This document shows positions 18,834-28,752 of a stretch of 64,000 bases of DNA, piece by piece. A program made the position numbers and the translations under genes. The DNA lies in assembly GCA_027619595.1 (NCBI GenBank), contig JAQCHP010000001.1:60694-124693 (forward strand), given 5' to 3'. The notes below the pieces were generated by a model that was given only the letters and a program-made list of their open reading frames with translations, searched no databases and was not told the origin of the DNA. This DNA comes from Planctomycetota bacterium. Its GTDB lineage: Bacteria; Planctomycetota; Planctomycetia; Pirellulales; Pirellulaceae. Within the stretch, counting starts at the first letter, position 1. Every line of letters starts with the position of its first letter.

Positions 18834-19910
18834 GTGTTGCATGCTGTAATTATGGCTGGCGGTTCTGGTACTCGGTTCTGGCCAGCGAGCCGAGCCGATC
18901 GTCCTAAGCAGTTACTAGACCTTGTCGGTCGCGAGTCGATGATTGAAGCGACGGTCCGGCGCCTTGGGTCCTGTGTTCCGATGTCGCGGGTTCTCATTGT
19001 AACTAATCGTCGCCTAGTCGAACCCATTCGGGCCTTGATCCCGAAACTGCCGGAAAATGCGGTGATTGGTGAGCCCTGCAAACGTGATACGGCGCCCTGT
19101 ATTGGCCTGGCTGCCGCGCTGGTGCTGCGGAATGACCCCGATGCCATCATGGCCGTAATGCCTTCCGATCATGTGATTGGAACGGACGAAGTGTTCCAAA
19201 AGGCGATTTCCGAGGCGGCGAGGTTGGTGCAGGACGATCCATCTCGGATTGTAACCTTTGGAATTCGGCCCACCTATCCAGCGGAGTCGTTCGGATATAT
19301 CGAGAGGGGCGTTCCGCTTACGTCAGATGCGGACTCGACTTTTCGCGTGCTTCGTTTTCGAGAAAAGCCCAACGCAGCGGCCGCCAAAGAATTTTTGGAT
19401 TCCGGGAGTTTCTATTGGAATAGCGGCATCTTTGTGTGGAGTGCCACGACAATTCTTCAGCAACTCCGGCAACACGAACCTGAAATGTTTGGGCACTTGG
19501 AGGTAATACAACAATCGATGGGGAGCCCACAATTTCTTGAAGTGCTCGATCGTGAGTTCACCGCCATTCAGGGCAAGTCGATCGATTTTGCGGTCATGGA
19601 GCACGCTCGCAATGTTTTGGTCATGGAGGCGCCATTTGCATGGGACGATGTAGGTAGTTGGCAGTCCCTTTCCAGGCTGCGTCCGGCCGATGGTCAGGGC
19701 AATACCGTCATTGGTCGATTTCTTGGCGTAGACACGCGAGGTAGCATCATTCGTACCAGCCAAGATCATTTAGTTGTTACCTTAGGAATGGAAGACTGTA
19801 TCGTTGTTCATACCGAAGACGCCACGTTGGTGGCGAGCAAGCATCACGAGGAGTCGGTGCGTAACGTGGTGAAAATATTGGAAGAACGTGGATGGGAAGA
19901 GCACCTCTAA
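18834..19910 (+). CDS. Mannose-1-phosphate guanylyltransferase-like nucleotidyltransferase
   Basis: GTG start. MLHAVIMAGGSGTRFWPASRADRPKQLL is the classic GMP N-terminus. Also PSDHVI, FGIRPTYPAESFGYIE and FYWNSGIFVW. Confidence 0.85.
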   Translation: MLHAVIMAGGSGTRFWPASRADRPKQLLDLVGRESMIEATVRRLGSCVPMSRVLIVTNRRLVEPIRALIPKLPENAVIGEPCKRDTAPCIGLAAALVLRNDPDAIMAVMPSDHVIGTDEVFQKAISEAARLVQDDPSRIVTFGIRPTYPAESFGYIERGVPLTSDADSTFRVLRFREKPNAAAAKEFLDSGSFYWNSGIFVWSATTILQQLRQHEPEMFGHLEVIQQSMGSPQFLEVLDREFTAIQGKSIDFAVMEHARNVLVMEAPFAWDDVGSWQSLSRLRPADGQGNTVIGRFLGVDTRGSIIRTSQDHLVVTLGMEDCIVVHTEDATLVASKHHEESVRNVVKILEERGWEEHL

Positions 19911-19993
19911 GGTTGCATCAACCGCAAAATTCATGGCGATTTTCGCGAGAACTTCTCAGACTGTCAAGGAAATCTCATTCACGGGGCTGAAAA

Positions 19994-20539
19994 ATGCAAG
20001 CTTGGTTGTACTGCTTGTTGGCAATGCTGCTAATTGTCGTCAACGTAGTCAGCATGGCGACCAATCTATTCTTGTTACCCGGCAACTGGTTGATTGTTGT
20101 AATGAGCGCCGGTTTTGCTTGGCTTGTACAGGGTCCTGCCGGACAGGGCGTTACGTGGGGGACGGTGCTCGCCGTAATCGTTGTGGCATCTCTCGGTGAA
20201 TTGGCCGAGTTCTTGGCGGGAGCGGCAGGTGCGGCCCGATTGGGAGGGAGTCGACGCGGGATTTTCTTGTCGATGTTGGGAGCGATGCTCGGTAGTATGC
20301 TCGGAATTGGTGTCGGCCTGCCGGTACCATTGGTGGGGCCGATTGTTGCTGCCGTCTTAGGAGGAGCCTTCGGATCTTTTGCAGGTGCCTATTTGGGCGA
20401 ACAATGGAAAGGACGCAGTCACGCCGACGGTCTTGCCATCGGGGGAGGCGCCATGGTCGGCAGACTTGGGGGTACGGTTGCCAAGCTTGCGGCGAGTGTC
20501 ATCATGGTCGTGCTGGTTGCCTGGGATAGTCTGTTTTAA
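19994..20539 (+). CDS. DUF456 family membrane protein
   Basis: LLPGNWLIVVMSAGFAWL and GELAEFLAGAAGAARLGGSRRG, followed by Gly-rich TM helices. This matches my memory of DUF456 proteins. Confidence 0.65.
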   Translation: MQAWLYCLLAMLLIVVNVVSMATNLFLLPGNWLIVVMSAGFAWLVQGPAGQGVTWGTVLAVIVVASLGELAEFLAGAAGAARLGGSRRGIFLSMLGAMLGSMLGIGVGLPVPLVGPIVAAVLGGAFGSFAGAYLGEQWKGRSHADGLAIGGGAMVGRLGGTVAKLAASVIMVVLVAWDSLF

Positions 20540-21946
20540 AGCAACGGTTTTGCGACTCGCCCGCAGGGCGGTCGGATGAGTTTGGGAGGTCGTCGCTGCA
20601 GAGTCGCCGGTCCAGTAGGCAAACAACGTCGCCAAATCGGCTCCGTCGACAATCCCGTCGCGATTTAAGTCGGCGATTCCCGACTTTTGCCACAACAAAA
20701 AAAGTATTGATGCATCGGCGCCATCAATGAAACCGTCACCGTTGACGTCGGTTGGAACTACACCTCCGACCACCGCTACCCAACCGGCCACATTGCCCGT
20801 CCCGGTAAAATTAGCTTGCGTAACTTCACTTGTTGTGGCCAGTCGCAATCCCACGCCAAGATTGAAATCTGCGACGGAATTGATGATGGACACGTTGGTC
20901 GCATTATCGCCTACCCAGAAACCGCTCCCATTATTGTGGTGACTATAACTGTCTACAAATCGAATGTTGTTGATAGCGCCCGGGAACTCACCATGCCAAA
21001 TGCCAAACCCGTGGTACCCACTACCACCCACAGACTGCTGGTGGTGCGACTCACTGCGGATAAAAGTAATGTCGGAGGCGGAGTGTCCGTTGCCCGGTTT
21101 CACTTGGAAGCCAGTGCCGTAGTTTCCGTGTGCGACGGAGTCACGGACAACGATCCCCCGCCCGTACATGTCAATGCCGTTACCGTTCGCGATAACGCCC
21201 GTATCGGGTACCGTCCGACCATTGTTGTAAAATTGAGATTCACTCACTTCAAGATTCAAAGGCGTGCTCGTCGTACTCTGGACTTTCAAGCCGTGCCAGC
21301 CGTTGGTGTGGAATTTGGACCGTACTATCTGCGAGTTGGTAACATTAAGAAGCTCGGCACAAAAATGGTTCTGAGCACCAGCAAATTCGCTGTTCTCGAT
21401 CAATATATTACTTGAGTCACGCACATAGAACGGATTGCTCGGCTTGGCGGTGAAACTTTGTCGCGGCAAGGACGGGCCAAGGACTCTGTTGTTACGTACG
21501 ATGACATTGTTTACATTTCGGGCGTAGACAAGAATTGATGATCCAGACGTGGCGTGCCCTATTTGGGATATATTCAAGTCTTGGAGTACCGTGTCGGAAT
21601 AGAATCCGATGCCGCGCGGGTTGTGCATCGGTGCGCTAATATGGAATCGCAGGTTGGTGGACCCGTTGGGTTGTCCTTGGAGCGTTTTTCCAGCTGGGAT
21701 TTCGATCGGCAACGTTCCTCCGGTCATGTTGACTCGAATATTCCCCGCCGGCAACGTTACGGTATTCAGGAAGTTCAATAGTGACTGAATGACCAAGGCG
21801 TTGTCTCCGCTACCGTCTGTCGTGAGACTTGGGTAAAAGACGTTATGGACGGCATTTGTGTGTATTGTTTCATTCAATTGTGCATCGTAGGTGTCGAGCG
21901 TGTTCATCGTGGCGTAAGGCAACGGACGTGGGAGTTTGCACTCCAT
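20357..21946 (-). CDS. Right-handed parallel beta-helix repeat protein with C-terminal dockerin-like double Ca-binding loop
   Basis: PbH1-like repeats: [66 protein letters not shown]. They are followed by [20 protein letters not shown] and [20 protein letters not shown]. The start is uncertain (21946 or Met at 21907). The 3' tail overlaps the DUF456 gene. Confidence 0.7.
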   Translation of the reverse strand: MECKLPRPLPYATMNTLDTYDAQLNETIHTNAVHNVFYPSLTTDGSGDNALVIQSLLNFLNTVTLPAGNIRVNMTGGTLPIEIPAGKTLQGQPNGSTNLRFHISAPMHNPRGIGFYSDTVLQDLNISQIGHATSGSSILVYARNVNNVIVRNNRVLGPSLPRQSFTAKPSNPFYVRDSSNILIENSEFAGAQNHFCAELLNVTNSQIVRSKFHTNGWHGLKVQSTTSTPLNLEVSESQFYNNGRTVPDTGVIANGNGIDMYGRGIVVRDSVAHGNYGTGFQVKPGNGHSASDITFIRSESHHQQSVGGSGYHGFGIWHGEFPGAINNIRFVDSYSHHNNGSGFWVGDNATNVSIINSVADFNLGVGLRLATTSEVTQANFTGTGNVAGWVAVVGGVVPTDVNGDGFIDGADASILFLLWQKSGIADLNRDGIVDGADLATLFAYWTGDSAATTSQTHPTALRASRKTVALKQTIPGNQHDHDDTRRKLGNRTPKSADHGASPDGKTVGVTASFPLFAQIGTCKRSEGSS

Positions 21947-23453
21947 TGCCCCCTATCAGGAAGAACCAGTCGAGATCCGCCGCACCGATCAGCTGGTCTG
22001 AGACAAAGTCGTCCAATACCGACGAGCCGGGGATCAGCGCCAAGGCGTTCGTAGTCGCCGACATCGCGGTAACTCGAGAGGCATAGGGTAGGTTCGAGTT
22101 GGACCAGTTGGACCAAATTATAAGCCAGTCCTGCATTTGAATGGTGGCGACGTCGTCTCCGAACGACGCTAAGCCACCAATCGCGATATCCTCACCATCC
22201 ATACCGTCCACGACATCGATTCCGCTTCCTCCTACCAGGATGTCATTTCCATCATTTCCATCATGTCCATATAGGCCGTCGGCGCCCGTTCCTCCCAACA
22301 GTAGATCATTTCCCTCATTGCCGAAGAGGGTATCATTGCCGGATTCTCCCGCCAAGAGATCATTGCCGATTCCCCCTCTTAACTCGTCGTCGCCATCGCC
22401 CCCCCAGAGCCGATCATCTCCAGCATATCCATTCAGTACGTCTCGTCCCGCTCCTCCGTTTAAGACATCGTTATCGTCACCTCCAAACACTTGGTCGTCG
22501 CCGTTGTCTCCGAAAAGCTGATTCGCGCCGGCGTCGCCATGCAATCTGTCATTTCCTTCACCGCCCCGAAGGGTGTCGAAGCCGTTTCCACCGGATAAGA
22601 CGTCGTTTCCGTCATCCCCTTAGATGGAGTCATCGCCATCGTTTCCATTCAAGGCGTCGTTTCCTAATCCGCCGTGGAGTGAATCATTTCCGATACCTCC
22701 GTTGATTGTGTCAACTCCAGCGTCGCCAAATATTGTGTCATTGTCATCTTCACCGTGCAGAGAATCGTCGCCATCCCCGCCACGGAGTTCATCGTTGTCA
22801 TTTCCCCCTGTCAAGACGTCGTTTCCAGTACCGCCATCGAGAAGGTCCGCTCCGTCTCCGCCATCCAAGTTGTCGTTTCCTTCCTCGCCATGCAGTTCGT
22901 CACTACCAGTTCCTCCTTTCAGTACGTCGTTGCCGCTTCCGCCGCGCAAGATGTCGTTACCGTCACCTCCCTCGATCCAATCGTTGCCACTACCGCCGGT
23001 TAACTGGTCGTTTCCAATTCCTCCGTCAGCAAAAGCAACGTCGATCGCAGTGGTGTTTTCGAATATGTCGTCACCTGCTTGACCGTAAAACTGAAGTTTG
23101 GTTACTTGGTTGATCGGGAAATTACAAGGAGCGGCTGTACCATGGGTTACTCTGATTTCACCTTGGAGTTCGGCAACTTGCACTACGTCGTTGGCAGGCG
23201 TGCCATGAATGGTTAATACGCCGGTCGTCGTGTCGAAGAAGATAAGGCTGCTGGTCAAGACCATCCGTGATTCCAGGGATTCGCCGATCGGTGAGCCGTG
23301 ACCCAGGAAGAATGTTCGATTTTTTGTTTGAACCTTGCGCGCCCGATCGCTCTTTCGAGAAATACAACGGCCAACTATCGATTTTCTGAACACCACAGGC
23401 AGTTCCTCAACGAATCCAAAATCCGGCCATTGCACGGCAAAACTCCGCCGCAT
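21870..23453 (-). pseudogene. RTX-like (GGxGxD nonapeptide) calcium-binding repeat protein interrupted by an in-frame TAA
   Basis: ORFs 22620..23453 and 21870..22544 are in the same frame. The 25 codons between the TAA (22620-22622) and the next Met continue the repeat ([26 protein letters not shown]). The N-terminus has [12 protein letters not shown] and the C-terminus has DLDWFF. Confidence 0.75.
22180..23040 (-). repeat. Coding array of degenerate 27-nt (nonapeptide GGxGxDxLx) repeats
   Basis: More than 25 consecutive units such as [27 protein letters not shown] and GGTGSDELH. The antisense frames give long Pro/Ser-rich artefact ORFs. Confidence 0.85.
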
Positions 23454-23672
23454 TGTAGGGTAGATCGCCCAGTTGTCAAGGAAATTTCGATCACGAGCGG
23501 GGTGGTTGCGATCTGGGAGTGCTCGGCAAGATCGGATCGTTCACAGAGAGCCAGGGTGAGATATCGCGTTGGTGAGACCGACCCAATGGTGTTAGCATGA
23601 CCTCAGATAAACGTCGATTTCACCGGTACTTCCGTGGGATTCGATTTTGCAGAACTGCAGTGAGATTTAACG

Positions 23673-24185
23673 ATGACCGACAGCGTGTTTGAACGGTCCG
23701 AGGGTCGATTGGCTGGCGTAGATTTTGGGACGGTCCGGATAGGGATTTCAATTACCGATCGAGAGCGCCGCTGGGTTAGCCCCTTGACGGTCTATCGCCG
23801 ACGCGATTCTCGGGCCGACGCAGATTTCTTTCGCACTTTGGTGCATGCGGAACAGGTGGTCGGGTTGGTCGTTGGACTGCCCGTGCACCTGAACGGCCAA
23901 GAAAGTCAAAAATCCGTGGAAGCGAGGCGATTCGGACTTTGGCTGACCGAACGTACGCAGACACCGGTGGTCTTTTTCGACGAACGATTCACTTCACGGG
24001 AAGCCGAAGAGTTGCTTCGTGAGCGGGGGCACATGGCCCGCAAGAAGAAGCAAGATCGGCTGGATGCCGTCGCAGCTCAGGTATTGTTGCAAGCCTATCT
24101 TGAATCCGTAGCAAGAGTGCGCCACGAGGGTGCCGATGGGGGCAGCGCAATGGGCGACGGTGGCGGTTCGCTGGACGGAGTCTAG
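23673..24185 (+). CDS. ruvX: Holliday junction resolvase-like nuclease RuvX/YqgF
   Basis: LAGVDFGTVRIGISITD...VVGLPVHLNGQES...FDERFTS.EAE...DAVAAQVLLQAYLE matches the YqgF family layout. Confidence 0.85.
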   Translation: MTDSVFERSEGRLAGVDFGTVRIGISITDRERRWVSPLTVYRRRDSRADADFFRTLVHAEQVVGLVVGLPVHLNGQESQKSVEARRFGLWLTERTQTPVVFFDERFTSREAEELLRERGHMARKKKQDRLDAVAAQVLLQAYLESVARVRHEGADGGSAMGDGGGSLDGV

Positions 24186-24205
24186 CACCCATAGGTATCT
24201 TGCGA

Positions 24206-25342
24206 TTAGGGCGCGACACGCGTTGCCGAGGCTGGAACTGTCGCTAGTGCTTGTTGTATCAGAGTGGTGGCGATCTCTCGCGCGGTGACTGTCGGTATTG
24301 CGTAGGTTGAAATCCGCTCAGCACGCGCAATATTGATTCCCACGACTCGCCCGTGAACATCCACCAGAGGGCCGCCACATTGTTCTGGCGTAATGACCGT
24401 GTCGTGTTGAATTACCTTCCCAAAGCCACTGCGGCGCGTGCTGAGCGGACCCCCTAATTCATGCTGGAATTCGCGGTTCTCCAAGTCCAAGTCGTCTTTC
24501 CTACCCAAAATCACTTCCAATTCGATGGGTGACTTGTCGCGTTGTAACTTCAGATGAATTCGGTCGCCTGGCCAATATTCTCGAATCATTGCGCTGAGCT
24601 GACGGACTGTGCGAATGCGGTTCTCATCAATGGAAAGAATGGTGTCGTGCGTCTTCAACCCAGCGATCTCGGCGGCGCCTCCTGGTAGTACTTCCAATAC
24701 CGTCGCGCCCAATGCGCCTTGCTCCATCCTAATCCCCAGCACGCCGGGATGGCGGGGAATGTCGATCAGTGGCACACTGATGATTCCGATGGCAATTGGA
24801 AGTTTCCCGCTTCCCGTCGAAAAAACAAGGCTCCCTGCGCTCGATGTCTCTTGATCGTCGCTCCAAGGAGCCACCTCAAGATCCCGGGCGCTGTCTAATT
24901 TTAGAATGGCTAAATCGTGCGCATGGTCAACAGCCAACTTGCGCGCTTTGGTGCGATTTCCATTGGGCAACAAGCACTCGACCGTGTCGTCGGACAACTC
25001 GCTGGATTTCGAAAGGATCCAACCGTCGGCTTGGACGACGGTTCCCAACGCGATCGGTTGGGCTCCGTCCAGCAGCAAAACGGTGGCCTGGTTTGCGCGT
25101 TCGGCGACCGTGGAAAAGGCCTGCCGAACCACTTCGTGATTCTTGCCCCTCCGTTGGGCGTGCTGAGGATACGACTGACGTGCGTCATCCAGGTCCGGTG
25201 GTTGCGGCGATTCAACATGTTGGATTCGCCGTCCGTGCGTTAGCGTTTGGTCGACTCCCGCCAGGCGCAGTACAACAAGGCTGAGCGTATAGCCCAAGGC
25301 AAAGAACATTACATACCGTGCGATTGTCTGGATTGACATCAA
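24206..25342 (-). CDS. HtrA-like trypsin-fold protein with an internal PDZ domain and non-canonical active-site residues
   Basis: N-terminal TM anchor. N-lobe: DGWILSKSSEL...HDLAILKLD. PDZ: GVLGIRME...LPGGAAEIAGLKTHDTILSIDENRI. C-lobe: VIQHDTVITPEQCGGPLVDVHGRVVGINIARA. Confidence 0.75.
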   Translation of the reverse strand: MMSIQTIARYVMFFALGYTLSLVVLRLAGVDQTLTHGRRIQHVESPQPPDLDDARQSYPQHAQRRGKNHEVVRQAFSTVAERANQATVLLLDGAQPIALGTVVQADGWILSKSSELSDDTVECLLPNGNRTKARKLAVDHAHDLAILKLDSARDLEVAPWSDDQETSSAGSLVFSTGSGKLPIAIGIISVPLIDIPRHPGVLGIRMEQGALGATVLEVLPGGAAEIAGLKTHDTILSIDENRIRTVRQLSAMIREYWPGDRIHLKLQRDKSPIELEVILGRKDDLDLENREFQHELGGPLSTRRSGFGKVIQHDTVITPEQCGGPLVDVHGRVVGINIARAERISTYAIPTVTAREIATTLIQQALATVPASATRVAP

Positions 25343-25426
25343 GCAAACCGATAGGGGCTAGTTCCGGAAGGAGTTTGTCACAGGAAGCAGGCGTCACATT
25401 TCGATCAAGCGTTCGTTAGGGGAGGG

Positions 25427-26554
25427 TTAGCGGCGCACCTGGCCGATACTTTCTGACCAATCGCCCAAGGCTACTTGAAGTTTCAAATTCTCGCCATTGC
25501 GAACTACGGCTAGGTTAACCGTGTCTCCCGGGCGCTTTACGAGGATATATTCTTGCAATTCATGAAAGTTTTTGATTTCCAGATCGTCCAACCGAACCAC
25601 CGTATCTCCTGGCTGGATACCGGCGCGAGCCGCGGGAGAATTTTCAGGGACGAGTTTGATGCGGGCATTCTCGGCCGTGTCATCGTGGGTCACTCCCAAG
25701 TAGGGTCCGTGGGTCTCACTGTTGACTAAGGCGGTCCACGACTCGTTGAAGACCGTGACGGGCACATGCAAGTTAGCCGTTAACGGTGCGCCGATTCGGC
25801 TATGAATGCCGATGACGTGTCCGCGCAAATCCAATAGAGGGCCACCGGAATCACCTCCCACTAATGTGCAATCCGTGAGCAATTCTGATTCACTCTTGTT
25901 GAGGATCCGACCAATGCGCAGTACCGGCTGACGACCAAGTCGATACCCACCAGGATGTCCGGCCGCCAGACACCACTGACCGCGACGCACGCGGTTCGAG
26001 TCGGCCATCTTCAGATAGGGCCATGACTTTTCTTCGGACGGTCCGGCCGATACCAGTTTGACCATTCCCGCGTCCAACCCCAGTTCCATTCCCAGAGTCT
26101 TCGCACGATATTCGGTTCCGTCGGCAAGAATAACAACTGCGTCGCGATTCGATTTCATGGCGACATGGGCAGCCGTTAACACCAATCCATCGGCGCTGAT
26201 GATCACGCCGCTGCCATGCGCGTTATCAACCCGTACACCGACCGTCGCTTCAACGATGCGACCGGAGACGCTGCGGATATGCTGTTGCATTGCCAGCAAG
26301 TCTTCGCCAGTTGGAGTAGCTGTTCCGGCAAAAATCTTCGCCGTGCGATGCCGTTGCTTATCATTGGCCGCCAATGTCGGCGTTGGTTGAACTGCAACGT
26401 TGGATGAGGAGGTGTCTGCCGAGGATCGCTTGGTGGCTGCGGCTTCCACCTGCGATTCAATCGCTACGGGGTCGGCGGCTACGGTAACCGACAGCATGAA
26501 CAGGCCTGCTAGTACTTGAACTGCTCCGTGCCGCAGCGTTGTTGTTCGCATCAT
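25427..26554 (-). CDS. HtrA/DegP-family serine protease (S1C) with C-terminal PDZ
   Basis: Signal/TM N-terminus. Intact triad context: LVLTAAHVA (His), LDAGMVKL (Asp), GGDSGGPLLDLRGHVIGIHS (Ser). C-terminal PDZ: NSPAARAGIQPGDTVVRLDD. Confidence 0.85.
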   Translation of the reverse strand: MMRTTTLRHGAVQVLAGLFMLSVTVAADPVAIESQVEAAATKRSSADTSSSNVAVQPTPTLAANDKQRHRTAKIFAGTATPTGEDLLAMQQHIRSVSGRIVEATVGVRVDNAHGSGVIISADGLVLTAAHVAMKSNRDAVVILADGTEYRAKTLGMELGLDAGMVKLVSAGPSEEKSWPYLKMADSNRVRRGQWCLAAGHPGGYRLGRQPVLRIGRILNKSESELLTDCTLVGGDSGGPLLDLRGHVIGIHSRIGAPLTANLHVPVTVFNESWTALVNSETHGPYLGVTHDDTAENARIKLVPENSPAARAGIQPGDTVVRLDDLEIKNFHELQEYILVKRPGDTVNLAVVRNGENLKLQVALGDWSESIGQVRR

Positions 26555-26732
26555 GGGGTTCCGTGTCCAGGGTCCGAGTAGACGAGACTCTCGTTTGCGT
26601 ACACAAGTTGAACAGTGGAATCCCTTCCGGCTAGCGAATCCGGTCGCAGTACATCATCATAATCAACCGGAGTGCATTTGTGGCACTGGGTGCCCCATTC
26701 ATTTTTGGGGGACAACTTTTGGGGGAGGGTCC

Positions 26733-27626
26733 TTGAACCAGACTGCGACGAAGAATTGGCTTATTTATGGCTGCGGGTACCTTGGCGAACGCGTCGCCTC
26801 GCGATGGTCGGCGGACGGGGGGCGAGTATTCGTCACAACAAGACACTTCGGCAAGGCTGACCAATTTGCAGAGCGGGGATGGACAGCGATTGTAGGGGAT
26901 ATTACGCGTGAGCAGGCCTTGCCCGCCTTGCCGGAAATTACGTTTGACGGTGTCCTTTTTGCAATCGGACGAGATCCATCGACCGGGCAAACGCATGAAG
27001 AGGTTTTTGTCGAAGGTTGCCGAAACGCGCTTGCTCAAGTCGTTGGACGCTGCCGCCAGTTCTATTATGTGAGTTCGACCGGGGTGTACGGCGACACACA
27101 GGGAGACTGGCTAAATGAGCAGTCACCGATCGCTCCTGCGACACCCGGCGGTAAAGCCTGCGCCGAAGCCGAGCAACTCCTGCAAGATCCGTACTGGCAG
27201 TTCAGGCATTCCGTCTTGCGGATGGCCGGGTTGTACGGTCCGGGTCGTGTCCCGCGTCGTAACGAGATTGAGGCCGGTCTCCCATTAGCCGTTTCGGCCG
27301 ATGGATATCTCAACCTCGTTCATGTAGATGATGCGGCTCGCGTTGTTGCCACACTTGCTGCCGCAGCCGTGCCCCCCCCTCTCTTGTGCGTCAGCGACGG
27401 GCAACCGGTCCCCCGTCGCGAATATTTGTCCGAAATCGCTCGGCGAATCGGAGCCCCACTTCCCAGCTTCGTCGAACCCGATGTCGATGTACCACGCGGG
27501 CGAGGAACGGCCAACAAGCGGATTTCTAACGCAATGCTGCGACAGCGGCTTCAATTTCAGTTTCTCTATCCGTCGTACCGTGAGGGATTGGCGGCCATTC
27601 TTGGCACAAACACAGAGCTTGGTTGA
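26733..27626 (+). CDS. NAD(P)-dependent epimerase/dehydratase-family (SDR) protein
   Basis: Rossmann motif [14 protein letters not shown] lies right after an in-frame TTG at 26733, which is preceded by GGGGGAGGG. The ORF is open from 26553, but that stretch has no family-like sequence. The start is uncertain. Confidence 0.65.
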   Translation: MNQTATKNWLIYGCGYLGERVASRWSADGGRVFVTTRHFGKADQFAERGWTAIVGDITREQALPALPEITFDGVLFAIGRDPSTGQTHEEVFVEGCRNALAQVVGRCRQFYYVSSTGVYGDTQGDWLNEQSPIAPATPGGKACAEAEQLLQDPYWQFRHSVLRMAGLYGPGRVPRRNEIEAGLPLAVSADGYLNLVHVDDAARVVATLAAAAVPPPLLCVSDGQPVPRREYLSEIARRIGAPLPSFVEPDVDVPRGRGTANKRISNAMLRQRLQFQFLYPSYREGLAAILGTNTELG

Positions 27627-27685
27627 TGAATCCGGTCAAGCTCCTTACAATCGGAGGTTGCCAATCGCCCTCGAAGGAAACAGCC

Positions 27686-28474
27686 ATGCTGGTACCCAAG
27701 CCAATTTTTCCCAACGTCATCGAATTAAACTTCCAAGCCGGATATCTGATCGGCTGCAACGTCTACTTGGTCTACTTCGAGAAGGAGTGGGTGCTCATCG
27801 ATATCGGATATCAGGATACCGTCGATGAGATTATCGAAATCATTCGCCAAATGGATTTTCCACTGTCAAAATGCAAGACGTTGATTGCCACGCATGCCGA
27901 CGTTGATCACGTGCAAGGTCTGGCCCGCGCGAAGCAGTTGGTGAAAGCCCCCGTTACGGCGCACCCCAACGCCGTGCCCGCCTTACAGACAGGGGATCGA
28001 CTGATGACCTTCGCGCAAATCGTGGCCCAGGACATTGACCTAGAGATGCCCCCCGTTGAGGTCGATTTGCAGGTAGTCGACGGGGATATCATTTCAATTG
28101 GCGACTTGTCCCTCGAAGTTTGGCATACGCCAGGCCACACCGATAGTCAGCTCTCGTTTCGATTGGGCGATTTGTTATTTAGTGGTGACAATATCTACCG
28201 CGACAATTGTGTCGGCGCAATCGACGCACATCACGGCAGCAACCTGACTGATTTTGTCCGGTCGCTTCAGCGGATTCGCGACAGTGATGTTCAGTGGTTA
28301 CTCCCTAGCCATGGTCCCGTTTTCCGCAAGAACAACGAGCGTCTGGAAGAAGCTATCGTGCGGCTAGAAAAATATTGCCACATGGCGGATTTCGGCACAT
28401 GCGCCGTTGATTGGCCCTTGATGGACGAATGGGAGAAAGAAATTTCCCTCGGCCGCCTGCCCGGCGACTCGTAA
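27686..28474 (+). CDS. MBL-fold metallo-hydrolase
   Basis: ATG 27686 follows GAAGGAAA. Motifs: [38 protein letters not shown]. The ORF is open from 27623. Confidence 0.75.
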   Translation: MLVPKPIFPNVIELNFQAGYLIGCNVYLVYFEKEWVLIDIGYQDTVDEIIEIIRQMDFPLSKCKTLIATHADVDHVQGLARAKQLVKAPVTAHPNAVPALQTGDRLMTFAQIVAQDIDLEMPPVEVDLQVVDGDIISIGDLSLEVWHTPGHTDSQLSFRLGDLLFSGDNIYRDNCVGAIDAHHGSNLTDFVRSLQRIRDSDVQWLLPSHGPVFRKNNERLEEAIVRLEKYCHMADFGTCAVDWPLMDEWEKEISLGRLPGDS

Positions 28475-28495
28475 CTGACATGACCCCGTTGCATT

Positions 28496-28541
28496 CTCCC
28501 AGGACGATTGAATTTAGAGTCGTGCTGGGAGCTTGTGTTTT
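28496..28541 (+). terminator. Candidate rho-independent terminator after the MBL hydrolase gene
   Basis: CTCCCAG-g-ACGA / loop ttgaatttagag / TCGT-g-CTGGGAG gives an 11-bp interrupted stem. It is followed by cttgtgtttt. Confidence 0.45.
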
Positions 28542-28752
28542 GGGGGCAATGAGCAGTATGGGTAATTTGCGAATTCATTTCTGGTTCTGACCGTTGTACT
28601 TGCAGCACCTTTTGTTCTGGATAGACCGGTAAGTCGTAGTCGATTCTTCGAGTGAGGGACGCGTGAACACTACGCGTAGCACGAGCCGGTTGCATACTGC
28701 AGGGCGATGGGGGAGTCCCCCTAGTTCTGCTGAACGGAAGGGGAAATGGTCG

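Noticed and set aside
22141-23113. Several long plus-strand ORFs (for example 22141..22521, 22624..23082 and 22706..23113) encoding Pro/Ser- or Arg/His-rich proteins
   Set aside because: They are antisense reading frames of the GGxGxD repeat array. Their low-complexity composition is a mirror artefact of the repeat, and they have no start context or motifs.
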